Shown here: positions 1 through 8,472 of the stretch, one piece after another
Layout of the letters: each line of letters opens with the position of its first letter
Position numbering within the stretch: the stretch's first letter is position 1
Assembly (NCBI GenBank): GCA_020431545.1
Contig: JAGQIB010000222.1
Location: 1-28,934 of the forward strand
Source: Gemmatimonadota bacterium
GTDB lineage: Bacteria; ARS69
Reading direction: 5' to 3'
DNA: 28,934 nucleotides
Made by a program: the position numbers and the translations under genes
Notes under the pieces: generated by a model
Database searches by the model: none
Told to the model about the DNA's origin: nothing
The model's input: the letters and a program-made list of their open reading frames with translations, nothing else

Positions 1-200
1 GCGACCTCGAACGCGCAGCGCGTGCGCGTGGAGGCCTTCTCGAAGATCAACGCGATGTTCTTGCCGGTGAGCCGGGGCTGCTCGGTGCCGGCGTACTTCG
101 CGTTCTTCAGGTCGCGCGCGAGCCGAAGCAGGTGGAGGATCTCCTCGGGCGAGAAGTCGAGGACCTTCAGGAAGCTTCGCTGGCGCAGGTTCACGGGCAT
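1..200 (-). CDS. arcB: Ornithine carbamoyltransferase, probably catabolic ArcB type (5' part only; runs off the window start)
   Basis: Not in the ORF track; translated by hand from ATG at 200: [67 protein letters not shown]. It has the carbamoyl-phosphate motif STRTR, an AGGAG RBS upstream, and lies directly downstream of arcA. Confidence 0.95.
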   Translation of the reverse strand, partial: MPVNLRQRSFLKVLDFSPEEILHLLRLARDLKNAKYAGTEQPRLTGKNIALIFEKASTRTRCAFEV

Positions 201-277
201 GGGGACTCCTCTCGGGCGGCGAAAGAAGGGCGACGGCTCGGGCGCCGCCGCCGCGCGCCCGCCGCCAGGGCGGGCTG

Positions 278-1543
278 CTACACGGGATCTCGCAGCAAGG
301 GACAGGTCATGCAGTGACCACCTCCCCGGCCCTTGCCGAGCTCGGAACCGTCGATCGGGATCACTTCCACTCCGGCCTCGCGGATCTTCGCGTTGGTGTG
401 CTCGTTGCGCGCGTAGGAGATCACGACCCCGGGCTCGATCGCCACGACGTTGTTCGCGTCGTCCCACTGTTCGCGCATCGCCTGCGTATCGTCGCCGCCG
501 GTCGTGATCACGCGGAGTCTCTTGACGCCGACCGCGTCGGCCACGGCTTCCAGGAGGCTCGGCTCCTGCGTGACGTCGAGCTCGCCCTCCGCGTCGCCCG
601 GCCGCAGGCTGAACGCCTGGATCTGGTGTACCACCTCGGGGTAGATCGTGACCGCGTCGCGATCGAGGAACGTGAACACCGTGTCGAGATGCATGTGCGC
701 GCGGTCCTTGGTCATCGAACAGGCGATCACTCGATCCGCGGCGCCGTTGCGGAACAGGGACTGCGCGAGCAGCTCCGCCATCCGCGCCGTCGTTCGTTCG
801 CTGAGTCCCACCAGCACGGTGCCGTCGCCGATCGGCATCACGTCGCCGCCCTCGAGGGACGACTGGCCGAAGCTCCGGGTCTCGAGGCCTCCGAGCGGAT
901 CGATGGCCGGGTACCAGAGGCGGAACCGTGCCTGCTTGAACATCGGATGGAATTTGTAGATCGTGGCGACGTTGATCACCTCGAGGTGCCGCGCCGACCA
1001 GAACATCGGGTTGAGGCTCACTCCGCCGTAGATCCAGCTCGACGAGTCCCGCGTGTACATCGTGTTCGGCAGGGGGCGCAGCACGAAGTCGTGGTCGTGC
1101 CCGGCGCGCCCGGTCAGCGTGTGGGACAGATCCATGCCGCGGGTGCGGAGCTCGGCCTTCGTGATTCCGGCGATCAGGTGCTGAGCCAGATCCTGCGGGG
1201 ACTCCTCCGCGAGCGCGGCCCGAACGTCCGGCAGCGCGCCGGGCCCCACCGTGTGCTCGGTGACCACGAGCCCCAGGACATGGCGCCGAGCGTCCTCGGT
1301 GGCGAGCGCCTCCTGGAGCAGGTCCCCCAGGAGGTGAACCTCCACGCCGCGGTCGCGCATGATCTGCACGAACTCGTCGTGCTGCTCCCGGGCGCGCCGC
1401 ACCCAGATCACGTCGTCGAACAGGAGGTCGTCGTGGTTCTTCGGGGTGAGTCGCCGGAGCTCCAGGCCGGGCCGATGGACGAGCACGCGGCGCAGCCGGC
1501 CGATCTCGGATCCGACCCAGAAGCTCGGCTTGGCATCCGTCAT
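278..1543 (-). CDS. arcA: Arginine deiminase
   Basis: 421 aa. N-terminal [43 protein letters not shown] and C-terminal [11 protein letters not shown] (catalytic Cys) are all ADI hallmarks. Confidence 0.97.
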   Translation of the reverse strand: MTDAKPSFWVGSEIGRLRRVLVHRPGLELRRLTPKNHDDLLFDDVIWVRRAREQHDEFVQIMRDRGVEVHLLGDLLQEALATEDARRHVLGLVVTEHTVGPGALPDVRAALAEESPQDLAQHLIAGITKAELRTRGMDLSHTLTGRAGHDHDFVLRPLPNTMYTRDSSSWIYGGVSLNPMFWSARHLEVINVATIYKFHPMFKQARFRLWYPAIDPLGGLETRSFGQSSLEGGDVMPIGDGTVLVGLSERTTARMAELLAQSLFRNGAADRVIACSMTKDRAHMHLDTVFTFLDRDAVTIYPEVVHQIQAFSLRPGDAEGELDVTQEPSLLEAVADAVGVKRLRVITTGGDDTQAMREQWDDANNVVAIEPGVVISYARNEHTNAKIREAGVEVIPIDGSELGKGRGGGHCMTCPLLRDPV

Positions 1544-1733
1544 CGAAGCGCTCCCCGAACCGCGAACTCCCCCCGGGGGTCCGCAGAGATCCAGCGTGGA
1601 ATTCTACAGGAGTCCCTCGCCGGTGTCATCGGGGCCGCCCCGGGCCGTGGCTCCGCGCCGCTCGGACTCGAGCAAAGAGGGCATCGAACGTCCCCGGGAG
1701 CCGCATTCCTGGCGCGCCGGGAGGCTGTCGCGG

Positions 1734-1739
1734 TACAAT
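1734..1739 (+). promoter_or_regulatory. Putative sigma70 -10 element (TACAAT) for the gene starting at 1805
   Basis: 5/6 match to TATAAT in a very GC-rich divergent intergenic region, about 65 nt upstream of the ATG. No convincing -35. Confidence 0.35.
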
Positions 1740-1804
1740 CGGAGACGCCGCTCCCCCCTTTTCGACCGTCACACCCACTGGATCCCGCCGGGGGCACATC
1801 GAAC

Positions 1805-3235
1805 ATGCGGCGACTCCTCGCCATCGCTCCGGTCGTGCCGCTGGCCGCCGTTCTGGCCTTCGGATCAGGGCTCGTCCCGGCGCCCGCGTCGGCGGCTCCG
1901 CGATGGGCCGAGCAGCCCGCGGCGCCTCCCCCCGCGAGTCCGCCGCCCGTGACGTCCGGGGAGGGGGTCTTCGCGCCGTTGCAGGCGTTCGTCGACGCCG
2001 TGTGGTTCGCGGCCGGTCTGCAGATCGTGGACCCGATCGATCCCGAGTTCGGTGGGATCGCGGAAGGCGAGGGCGACAGTCTGGGCGTCGTCGTCCAGAC
2101 GGACAACACTTCGCAGGCGGTCTGGGCGTTCTCGCGGTACCGGAGCTTCACCGGAGACACCACGATCGATCTCTGGCTCGAGCGGGCGTGGACCTACGTG
2201 AACGCCCATCCCGCGTACGACGAGGAGGGTCCCGAAACCACCCGGCAGGGCTACTACCGCATCTACAACTGCGCGTGGGCGCTGATCTCCTCGCTGGAGT
2301 ACGTGCAGACCACGGGCGACAGCGCGAACATGGCCTACTCCGATTCCTGCGCGAACTATCTCTCGACCCACACGCTCGACGTCGTCGGCAATCAAGGCTT
2401 CTACGATCGCGTGAATCCCCCGGTGCTCGGGCTCGCGGCGGCGGCGCTCCGCGCGTACGGCGAGGCGACGCAGGACTCGCTGTGGCTCGCGAAGTCCGTA
2501 GCGCGCGGCCAGCGTGTCCGGGAGTGGATCGAGGCGGATCCCGCGATCCTCGGTGTGGAGGAGTGGGCGGTCTCGGGCGGCGCGGCCATGTGGGGGACGC
2601 TCGAGTCCTGGTTCCGCGAGTACCCGGAAGACGAGGCGGCCTGGCTCGCGACCTATGCGCCGCTCATGGACACGTTCGCGAATCCGGGCGTGTTCGAGAA
2701 CGCCTGGCAGTGCTGGTACGCCCTGGCGGCGAACCGGATCGCCGATTCGACGGGCGATCCCCAGTGGGCGACCGTGCACGAAGGGCTCGTGAGCTACCTG
2801 CTGCAGTTCGACACCGACGCCGACGGCGGGATCCCCGCGAAACCCGCGGACCCCGACACGCTCGACCAGTCCTGGGTCACGACGAACCTCGTGTTCAGCG
2901 GACTGTCGCGCCTGCTCGACCATGCGCTCGACGTTCCGGAGCCGGGAGTCGATCCGCGAATCGTACGCTGGGTCAGCGCGCGTCCGAATCCCTTCGCGGC
3001 CGCGAGCACGATCTCGTTCCGCGTCGACTCGCCGCACGACGTGCAGGTGGACGTTTTCGACGTGACCGGGCGCCGGGTGGCTCGCGTGTTCGAGGCCCGA
3101 TCCGTCTCCGGCCTGCGCGACGTGCCCTGGCCCGGAACGGACGACGCCGGACGACCGCTGCCGTCCGGCGTCTATTTCGTTCGCGTCTCCGCCGGCGGCG
3201 AGCGCCACGGTCTGCGCGTCGTGCGGCTCCGGTAG
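1805..3235 (+). CDS. Secreted protein with an alpha-helical (six-hairpin glycosidase/GH76-like?) domain and a C-terminal FlgD-Ig/T9SS-like sorting domain
   Basis: True start is probably ATG 1805 (MRRLLAIAPVVPLAAVLAFG..., signal peptide); the ORF-track extension to 314 is antisense to arcA. Pro-rich linker, then a Trp/Tyr/Asp-rich helical core (QTDNTSQAVW, YNCAWAL). Tail: PNPFAAASTISF...DVTGRRV...WPGTDDAGRPLPSGVYFVRV. 476 aa. Confidence 0.8.
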   Translation: MRRLLAIAPVVPLAAVLAFGSGLVPAPASAAPRWAEQPAAPPPASPPPVTSGEGVFAPLQAFVDAVWFAAGLQIVDPIDPEFGGIAEGEGDSLGVVVQTDNTSQAVWAFSRYRSFTGDTTIDLWLERAWTYVNAHPAYDEEGPETTRQGYYRIYNCAWALISSLEYVQTTGDSANMAYSDSCANYLSTHTLDVVGNQGFYDRVNPPVLGLAAAALRAYGEATQDSLWLAKSVARGQRVREWIEADPAILGVEEWAVSGGAAMWGTLESWFREYPEDEAAWLATYAPLMDTFANPGVFENAWQCWYALAANRIADSTGDPQWATVHEGLVSYLLQFDTDADGGIPAKPADPDTLDQSWVTTNLVFSGLSRLLDHALDVPEPGVDPRIVRWVSARPNPFAAASTISFRVDSPHDVQVDVFDVTGRRVARVFEARSVSGLRDVPWPGTDDAGRPLPSGVYFVRVSAGGERHGLRVVRLR

Positions 3236-3251
3236 GCGCCGGCGCCTCGCG

Positions 3252-3593
3252 CTACTTCGCGAGGGCCGTCAGCGCCTCGTCTTCCGAGTCGTAGACCTCC
3301 ATCATCGTCACGAGCTTCGTCACCTGGAAGAGCGTGAGCACGCGCTCGTTCAGGCGGCACATCGCGATCCGACCGCCCTCGCGCTCGAAGCGGGTCTTGG
3401 TGGTGACGAGGATGCCGAGTCCGGTACTCGCGATCCACTTGACCTTCTCGAGGTTCAGCAGGAGCTTGCGGCCCCCGTTGCCGGCGATCTCCGTCGCGAG
3501 CTCGAGAAGCTTCTGGTTCTCGGGACCGCCGTACATCTCGCCGGAGATTTCGAGGATCGAGACGTCGCCCGCCTCACGCTGCTTGATCTTCAA
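3252..3593 (-). CDS. STAS-domain anti-sigma factor antagonist (RsbV/SpoIIAA family)
   Basis: LLLNLEKVKWIASTGLGILV matches the STAS phospho-Ser motif (canonical YIDSSGLG, here IASTG). TTG at 3593 is preferred over GTG at 3599 because AGGAG sits 7 nt upstream of the TTG but only 1 nt upstream of the GTG. Confidence 0.92.
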   Translation of the reverse strand: MKIKQREAGDVSILEISGEMYGGPENQKLLELATEIAGNGGRKLLLNLEKVKWIASTGLGILVTTKTRFEREGGRIAMCRLNERVLTLFQVTKLVTMMEVYDSEDEALTALAK

Positions 3594-3658
3594 TTCCACT
3601 CTCCTGGGATCACGGAAACCGGGCGACAGAATCCCACATTCCGGCGCGGGAGTCCACG

Positions 3659-3687
3659 CCCGCGGCCGGCGTCGCGCCGGCCGCGGG
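3659..3687. terminator. Perfect 13-bp GC stem-loop downstream of the BNR gene (terminator or RNA-stability hairpin)
   Basis: CCCGCGGCCGGCG-TCG-CGCCGGCCGCGGG, 9 nt past the stop at 3697 on the minus strand. No U-tract. Confidence 0.5.
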
Positions 3688-3696
3688 GCGGGTTGC

Positions 3697-6210
3697 CTAC
3701 CGGGCTACCACGATCTTGCGGGAGACCCGCTCCTCGCCGGCTCGCAGCACCGCGAAGTAGACGCCGGCCGGCACGTCGTCCGGGAACCAGGGCGTGGTGC
3801 GGATGATGCCGTCCCCGGTCGGGAACGACGCCAGGTCGCTCACGAGGCGGCCCTGGACGTCGTAGATCTCCACGTGCACCGGGTCGGATCCGCGCGCGGC
3901 GAATCGGAGCAGGGTCCGATCCCGGGCCGGATTCGGCCAGGGCGCATCGAGCAGGATGCGGGAGGAAGCGATGTCGACGCCCGGCTCGACCCCCGTGCCG
4001 CCGGTCGGCGGCAGGTCCGCCTCCCACGCGCCGCGCCCGTGCGTGCCGGCCACGAGCTTGCGGTCCGCCCGCCGGATCTCGAGGTCCGCGACCACGGTGT
4101 TCGGCAGGTCCTCGCCGAACGGCACCCAGTTCACGCCGAGGTTCGTGCTCTTCCACACCCCCACGTCGGTTCCGATGTACCACTCGTCCGTGAAATCGGG
4201 GTCGATCGCGATCGCGTTGACGGGCTGATCGGGCAGGTCGCCCGTCGCGTCCGTCCAGGTGGCGCCGAGATTCGTCGTGTACGCGACGTGCGCGACGTTC
4301 GCGTAGCTGGAGAACGTCACCACGGCGGAGTTCGGATCCGTCGGGTGAGCCTGGACCTTCGTGGGCGTCCCGGTCGAGAAGCCGTACGTGCGCTGGGTCC
4401 AGCTCGCCCCGTCGTTCGTGCTCACGCGGGTCGTGCCACCGACCGTCCACACGATGTTCCCGTCCACCGGCGAGATGTCGATCCAGTTCGCGCCGTGGCT
4501 CGCGACGTTCGTCCAGAGCGTTCCGCCGTTCAGCGTCCGGAAGATGCCCGCGGTCGTCGACGTGTACAGGTGATTCCCCACCGTCTGGTCCTCGGCGACG
4601 GGGGTGACCCAGGCGCCGGAGCCGGAGATGCCGTTGTTGATCGCCGTCCAGCCGCCGCCCGAGCCGGCGTTCGTGTTCTTGTAGTGCTGGCCGCCCTGGA
4701 TCTCCGCGTACACCACGTTCCCGTTGCCGGGATTGATGTTGCAGACCATACCGTCGGCGAACAGACCCTCCGACCACGTGGTCGTGCCGGACCACTTGTC
4801 CGTTCCCTGGTCCTGCGTTCCGCCCATGACGAAGTACGGCGTGGGGCCGTTGTTCACGCAGATGTCATAGAACTGGTACGTGACGAGTCCGTCGTTTCGA
4901 TCGGAGAACGCCACGCCGTCGTTGCCGGAGCGCCACAGGCCGCCGTCCGAGCCGACCCAGACGTTCGAGTTGCTGCCCGGCTCGTACGCCGCGAGGTGGT
5001 GGTCGACGTGTACCGAGATGCCGCCGGTACCGCCGAACGTGACGCCTGCATCGGTGGAGCGGAACAGGTCCACGCCGCCGGCGATGACCGTGTTCGCGTT
5101 GTCCGGGTCTGCCACGAGGGACAGGTTGTACCAGCCCTGCCCGCCCGGGATGTTCGGCGTGTTCGCCGTGAGCGACCAGTTCGTACCGCCGTTGTCGCTG
5201 CGGTAGACGCCGAGCAGGTTGCTCGTCGAGCGGTTCACGAACATCGCGTAGACGCGATCGGGGTTCGCCGCAGTCACGGCGATCTTCGACTTCCCGATCG
5301 ACGTGCCGCTCGGCTGCCCCGTGCCGACGCGCGTCCAGGTGGCACCGTCGTCGGTCGAGACGTGCACGCCCGCCTGCGAGCACCCGCAGGATCCGCGCAC
5401 GGCGTAGACCGTGGAGGACGCGCCCGGCTTCCACTTCGCGTCGTACCAGTTGCCGCCGGACTGGACCGTCGCCCAGGTCGCGCCGTTGTCGGTCGAGCGA
5501 TACAGCGCGTTCACGGCACCGGCGAGGAGCGTGCCGTTCGGCCCCGCGTCCACGCTGTGGAACCCGTGCCCGGAGTTCACGGCGAACGTGACGTTCGTGG
5601 TTCCCCACGTCGCTCCGGCGTCCGTCGAGCGCAGGATGCCCACGCCGCCGATCTGGTCGATGTTCGGCGTCCCTTCGCCGGTGCCGATCACGACGATCGA
5701 GGGGTTCGTGGGACTCACGGCGACGCCGCCGATCGCGATCGACGGCAGCTCGTCCGTGATCGGCGTCCAGGCGAGACCGCCGTCCGTCGACTTCCAGAGG
5801 CCGCCCCCCGCGGCGCCGGCGTACACGATCGACGCATTCGTGGGATCGAACGCGATCGAGAGCATGCGGCCGCTGAAGTTCGCGGGGCCGAGAGAGAACC
5901 AGGTCGACGCTCCGCGACCACGAACCTCCGCCCGGCGCATGCGCTCCTCCCACACCTTCCAGCGCGCGCCCGGCTCCGGCAGCTTTCCTTCGTACATCCT
6001 CTGTTCGACGAACCACTTGATACGCTGGTAGGGCTTCCAGCCGCTCCCCGGCTGGGTCGCCAGCTCCGGGTGACTCTCGTACCAGGCCGCGATCTCGTCG
6101 AAGGCGGCGAACGGGCTGTCGTCCACGTCGCTCGCGGCGGCGAAAGCGCGCGGCGCGAGCAGCGAGAGCGCGATGAGGGCGGACGCGAGTCCGGCGGTTC
6201 CGAATTTCAT
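3697..6210 (-). CDS. Secreted BNR/Asp-box (VPS10/sortilin-like) beta-propeller protein with C-terminal sorting domain
   Basis: 837 aa. Signal peptide; many Asp boxes (KSTDGGLAW, RSTDAGATW, RSTDNGATW, RSDNGGTNW); GPANFSGR start of the propeller; C-terminal APWPNPARD...YDVQGRLV...PAGVYFAVL. Confidence 0.9.
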   Translation of the reverse strand: MKFGTAGLASALIALSLLAPRAFAAASDVDDSPFAAFDEIAAWYESHPELATQPGSGWKPYQRIKWFVEQRMYEGKLPEPGARWKVWEERMRRAEVRGRGASTWFSLGPANFSGRMLSIAFDPTNASIVYAGAAGGGLWKSTDGGLAWTPITDELPSIAIGGVAVSPTNPSIVVIGTGEGTPNIDQIGGVGILRSTDAGATWGTTNVTFAVNSGHGFHSVDAGPNGTLLAGAVNALYRSTDNGATWATVQSGGNWYDAKWKPGASSTVYAVRGSCGCSQAGVHVSTDDGATWTRVGTGQPSGTSIGKSKIAVTAANPDRVYAMFVNRSTSNLLGVYRSDNGGTNWSLTANTPNIPGGQGWYNLSLVADPDNANTVIAGGVDLFRSTDAGVTFGGTGGISVHVDHHLAAYEPGSNSNVWVGSDGGLWRSGNDGVAFSDRNDGLVTYQFYDICVNNGPTPYFVMGGTQDQGTDKWSGTTTWSEGLFADGMVCNINPGNGNVVYAEIQGGQHYKNTNAGSGGGWTAINNGISGSGAWVTPVAEDQTVGNHLYTSTTAGIFRTLNGGTLWTNVASHGANWIDISPVDGNIVWTVGGTTRVSTNDGASWTQRTYGFSTGTPTKVQAHPTDPNSAVVTFSSYANVAHVAYTTNLGATWTDATGDLPDQPVNAIAIDPDFTDEWYIGTDVGVWKSTNLGVNWVPFGEDLPNTVVADLEIRRADRKLVAGTHGRGAWEADLPPTGGTGVEPGVDIASSRILLDAPWPNPARDRTLLRFAARGSDPVHVEIYDVQGRLVSDLASFPTGDGIIRTTPWFPDDVPAGVYFAVLRAGEERVSRKIVVAR

Positions 6211-6281
6211 CCGTGAGATCCTCCCTGCGGATCAGCGGCGGGCAGGTGGGCGAAGGCCTGGGAGCGGCGGGGGCACGGGAA

Positions 6282-6307
6282 CGGCCGGAGCCCGGAGGCT
6301 CCGGCCG
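6282..6307. terminator. Perfect 10-bp stem-loop between the greA-like gene and the BNR gene
   Basis: CGGCCGGAGC-CCGGAG-GCTCCGGCCG. No U-tract. Confidence 0.4.
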
Positions 6308-6369
6308 AGAACAGTGTACCGGATCCGGGCGCGTACCGGATCGGCCCGAGCGCTCCCGGGCGGGACAGG

Positions 6370-8472
6370 TCAGCCGTCGGCGCGATTCGCGACCGGCGTC
6401 TGCCAGGGGCGGATCTCCCGGATGCGGTAGGAACCGCCGTCCAGCTCCACGATGTCGCCGGGAACGTGGTCCAGGAGCTCCTTCGCGAACTCGGACTGGT
6501 AGGAATAGACACCCTGGTCCGGGTCGGAATCCCAGGGACCGAGGATCGTCACGGTCCGGTCTCCTCCGCCGACGGTGGGCTCCAGCGTGAGCTGGGCGCC
6601 GATCGTGACCTTGGACCCGTCCACGGTGCCGGCATCGATCAGGCGGGCCTTGTTCAGCTCCTCGGAGAGCCGCGCCGCCCGCGCGTTCAGGACCTCGTGC
6701 TTCTGACGGGCCGCATGGTACTCGAAGTTCTCGCGCAGATCGCCGTACTCGCGCGCCACTCGGATCGCCTCGGCGTTCTGCGGGATCTCCGTCTTCACGA
6801 GCACCTCGAACTCCTTCCGCTTCCTCTCGGACGACTCCGCGGTGACGTAGATCACGTCGTCGTCCGCCCGCTTCCGGATCTTGGGGTACTTCCGGAAGAT
6901 CGCCCGACGGATCGCGGTCTTGCGGTGCTCCTCGAGCGAGTTCGCGGAATCGACCACGTTCAGCAGGCGGTCGGCGGCGTCGCGGTCCGCACCGTCGAAC
7001 ACGACGAACGCGAGACCGCCGTCCTCGAACTGCTCGCGCAGCGGCGCCTTGAGATCCTTGAACTCCGGCGAGTCGAGCGCGTCCACGACCTTCTGGAGGA
7101 GCGACAGGTTCGCGCGATCCGAGAGCTCCGGGCGCGTGACCGAGTTCTTCACGACCCACACGAACGCGCGCGGGTTCCGGCGGTGGTTCGAGACCGCCTC
7201 GGCCACGAGCTTCTCGGACGCCCGCTCCGGCCCCTCCGCCGCGAGCGCCTCGTACAGCGAGGTCATGATCCGCAGATCGCTCTCGGCGAAGAACGCGTCG
7301 CGGTAGACGTCGGGCCAGTCCGTCTCGTGCACCTCGCGTACGCGACGCCACAGGCGCTCACGGTGCCGGCGATCGGACACCGCCCCCACGACCTCTGCCG
7401 CGTCGGGTCCCGTGAGAATCTCGTCCAGCGCGAGCGGCGACGGATCCGGGAGACCGCCGAGCTCCTCCAGCAGGCAGGCGAGGTCGACGGCGGTCGAACT
7501 CTGCTCCGGCGCCACGCGGTTCAGCTCCGACACGAGCCCCTCCACGATGCCTTCCATCAAGGAGCCGCCGCGCTTCGCGTGCTTGCGCGCGAGGTCGAGC
7601 TTCTGCGCGGTGTTCGCCTTCTCGAACTCGTCGAGCAGCGAGCGTTCGACCGTCTCCGCCGAATGGCTCCAGGTGAACGCGTTCCGCTTCTCGGGACTCG
7701 GCAGCACCTGCGGGTGGGCCTTCGCGCGATTCCACCACGCGGTCCACGCCGCGCCCTCGATCACGCCGGTCATGCACTCCTTGATCTCCGCCGACGTCAG
7801 CGGACGACCGAAGCACTCCAGGAGCTCGCGCATGAACGCTCCCGGGTCCTCCTTGGCCTCTTTCTTCACGCCGGCCGGGTCCTCGAGGCGACGCACCATG
7901 AAGTGCTCCGCCGGCAGCCACGTCAGGAGCTTGGACGCCTCATCCGTCCGCATCACGAGCGGGGCCGCCTTCTCGAACCGCACCTGGATCTTGGACAGCC
8001 CGAGGTTCGCCTCCGCGACCTTGCCGAGGCCGCGACCGAACAGCCAGAAAGTGGCGCCCGGCTCGTACCGCAGCCAGTCCCGCAGCTGATCGAACGTCTT
8101 GAGCGGCTCCTCCGCCTCCGAGAGCTCGAACCGCGCGAGGATGTCCTCGAGATCGGGACGCGACGCGTAGCGCGTCTCCACGAGCTCCAGTCCCTTCATC
8201 CGGAACTCCCGCAGGCGCGGGATCAGCACGAGTCCCTCCCGCACGACGTCGAACGCGGGCTCCCAGCGGTCCGCCGCCGCGTGCATGTCCGCCGCCGCGA
8301 GGACGAGATCGGACAGCTTGCTCTGAAGCTTTGCGGCCCGCATGTCGGTCAGGACGGCCCGGAACCAGGCGAGATCGGTGGGATTGCTCTCGACGTGCGA
8401 GTTCCACTCGGACTCGATCTCGTCGGTGTTCTTCTTCCGGATGTTCGTCTGCAGCTCATCACTCAGTTTCAA
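6370..8472 (-). CDS. greA: Long-form GreA/GreB transcription elongation factor (about 540-aa N-terminal helical region plus C-terminal Gre domain)
   Basis: C-terminus has AREYGDLRENFEYHAARQ (both catalytic acidic residues) and TILGPWDSDPDQGVYSYQS. Start inferred at TTG 8472 (MKLSDELQ...) with AGGAAGGA 8 nt upstream and a TTGA overlap with the pepF stop. 700 aa. Confidence 0.85.
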   Translation of the reverse strand: MKLSDELQTNIRKKNTDEIESEWNSHVESNPTDLAWFRAVLTDMRAAKLQSKLSDLVLAAADMHAAADRWEPAFDVVREGLVLIPRLREFRMKGLELVETRYASRPDLEDILARFELSEAEEPLKTFDQLRDWLRYEPGATFWLFGRGLGKVAEANLGLSKIQVRFEKAAPLVMRTDEASKLLTWLPAEHFMVRRLEDPAGVKKEAKEDPGAFMRELLECFGRPLTSAEIKECMTGVIEGAAWTAWWNRAKAHPQVLPSPEKRNAFTWSHSAETVERSLLDEFEKANTAQKLDLARKHAKRGGSLMEGIVEGLVSELNRVAPEQSSTAVDLACLLEELGGLPDPSPLALDEILTGPDAAEVVGAVSDRRHRERLWRRVREVHETDWPDVYRDAFFAESDLRIMTSLYEALAAEGPERASEKLVAEAVSNHRRNPRAFVWVVKNSVTRPELSDRANLSLLQKVVDALDSPEFKDLKAPLREQFEDGGLAFVVFDGADRDAADRLLNVVDSANSLEEHRKTAIRRAIFRKYPKIRKRADDDVIYVTAESSERKRKEFEVLVKTEIPQNAEAIRVAREYGDLRENFEYHAARQKHEVLNARAARLSEELNKARLIDAGTVDGSKVTIGAQLTLEPTVGGGDRTVTILGPWDSDPDQGVYSYQSEFAKELLDHVPGDIVELDGGSYRIREIRPWQTPVANRADG

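Noticed and set aside
257-275. 7-bp GC hairpin between arcA and arcB
   Set aside because: Short, with no adjacent U-tract, and inside a presumed operon; not distinguishable from chance.
3234-3247. Perfect 14-bp palindrome AGGCGCCGGCGCCT between convergent genes
   Set aside because: All-GC palindromes of this size are expected at this composition. At most it is a minimal bidirectional terminator hairpin.
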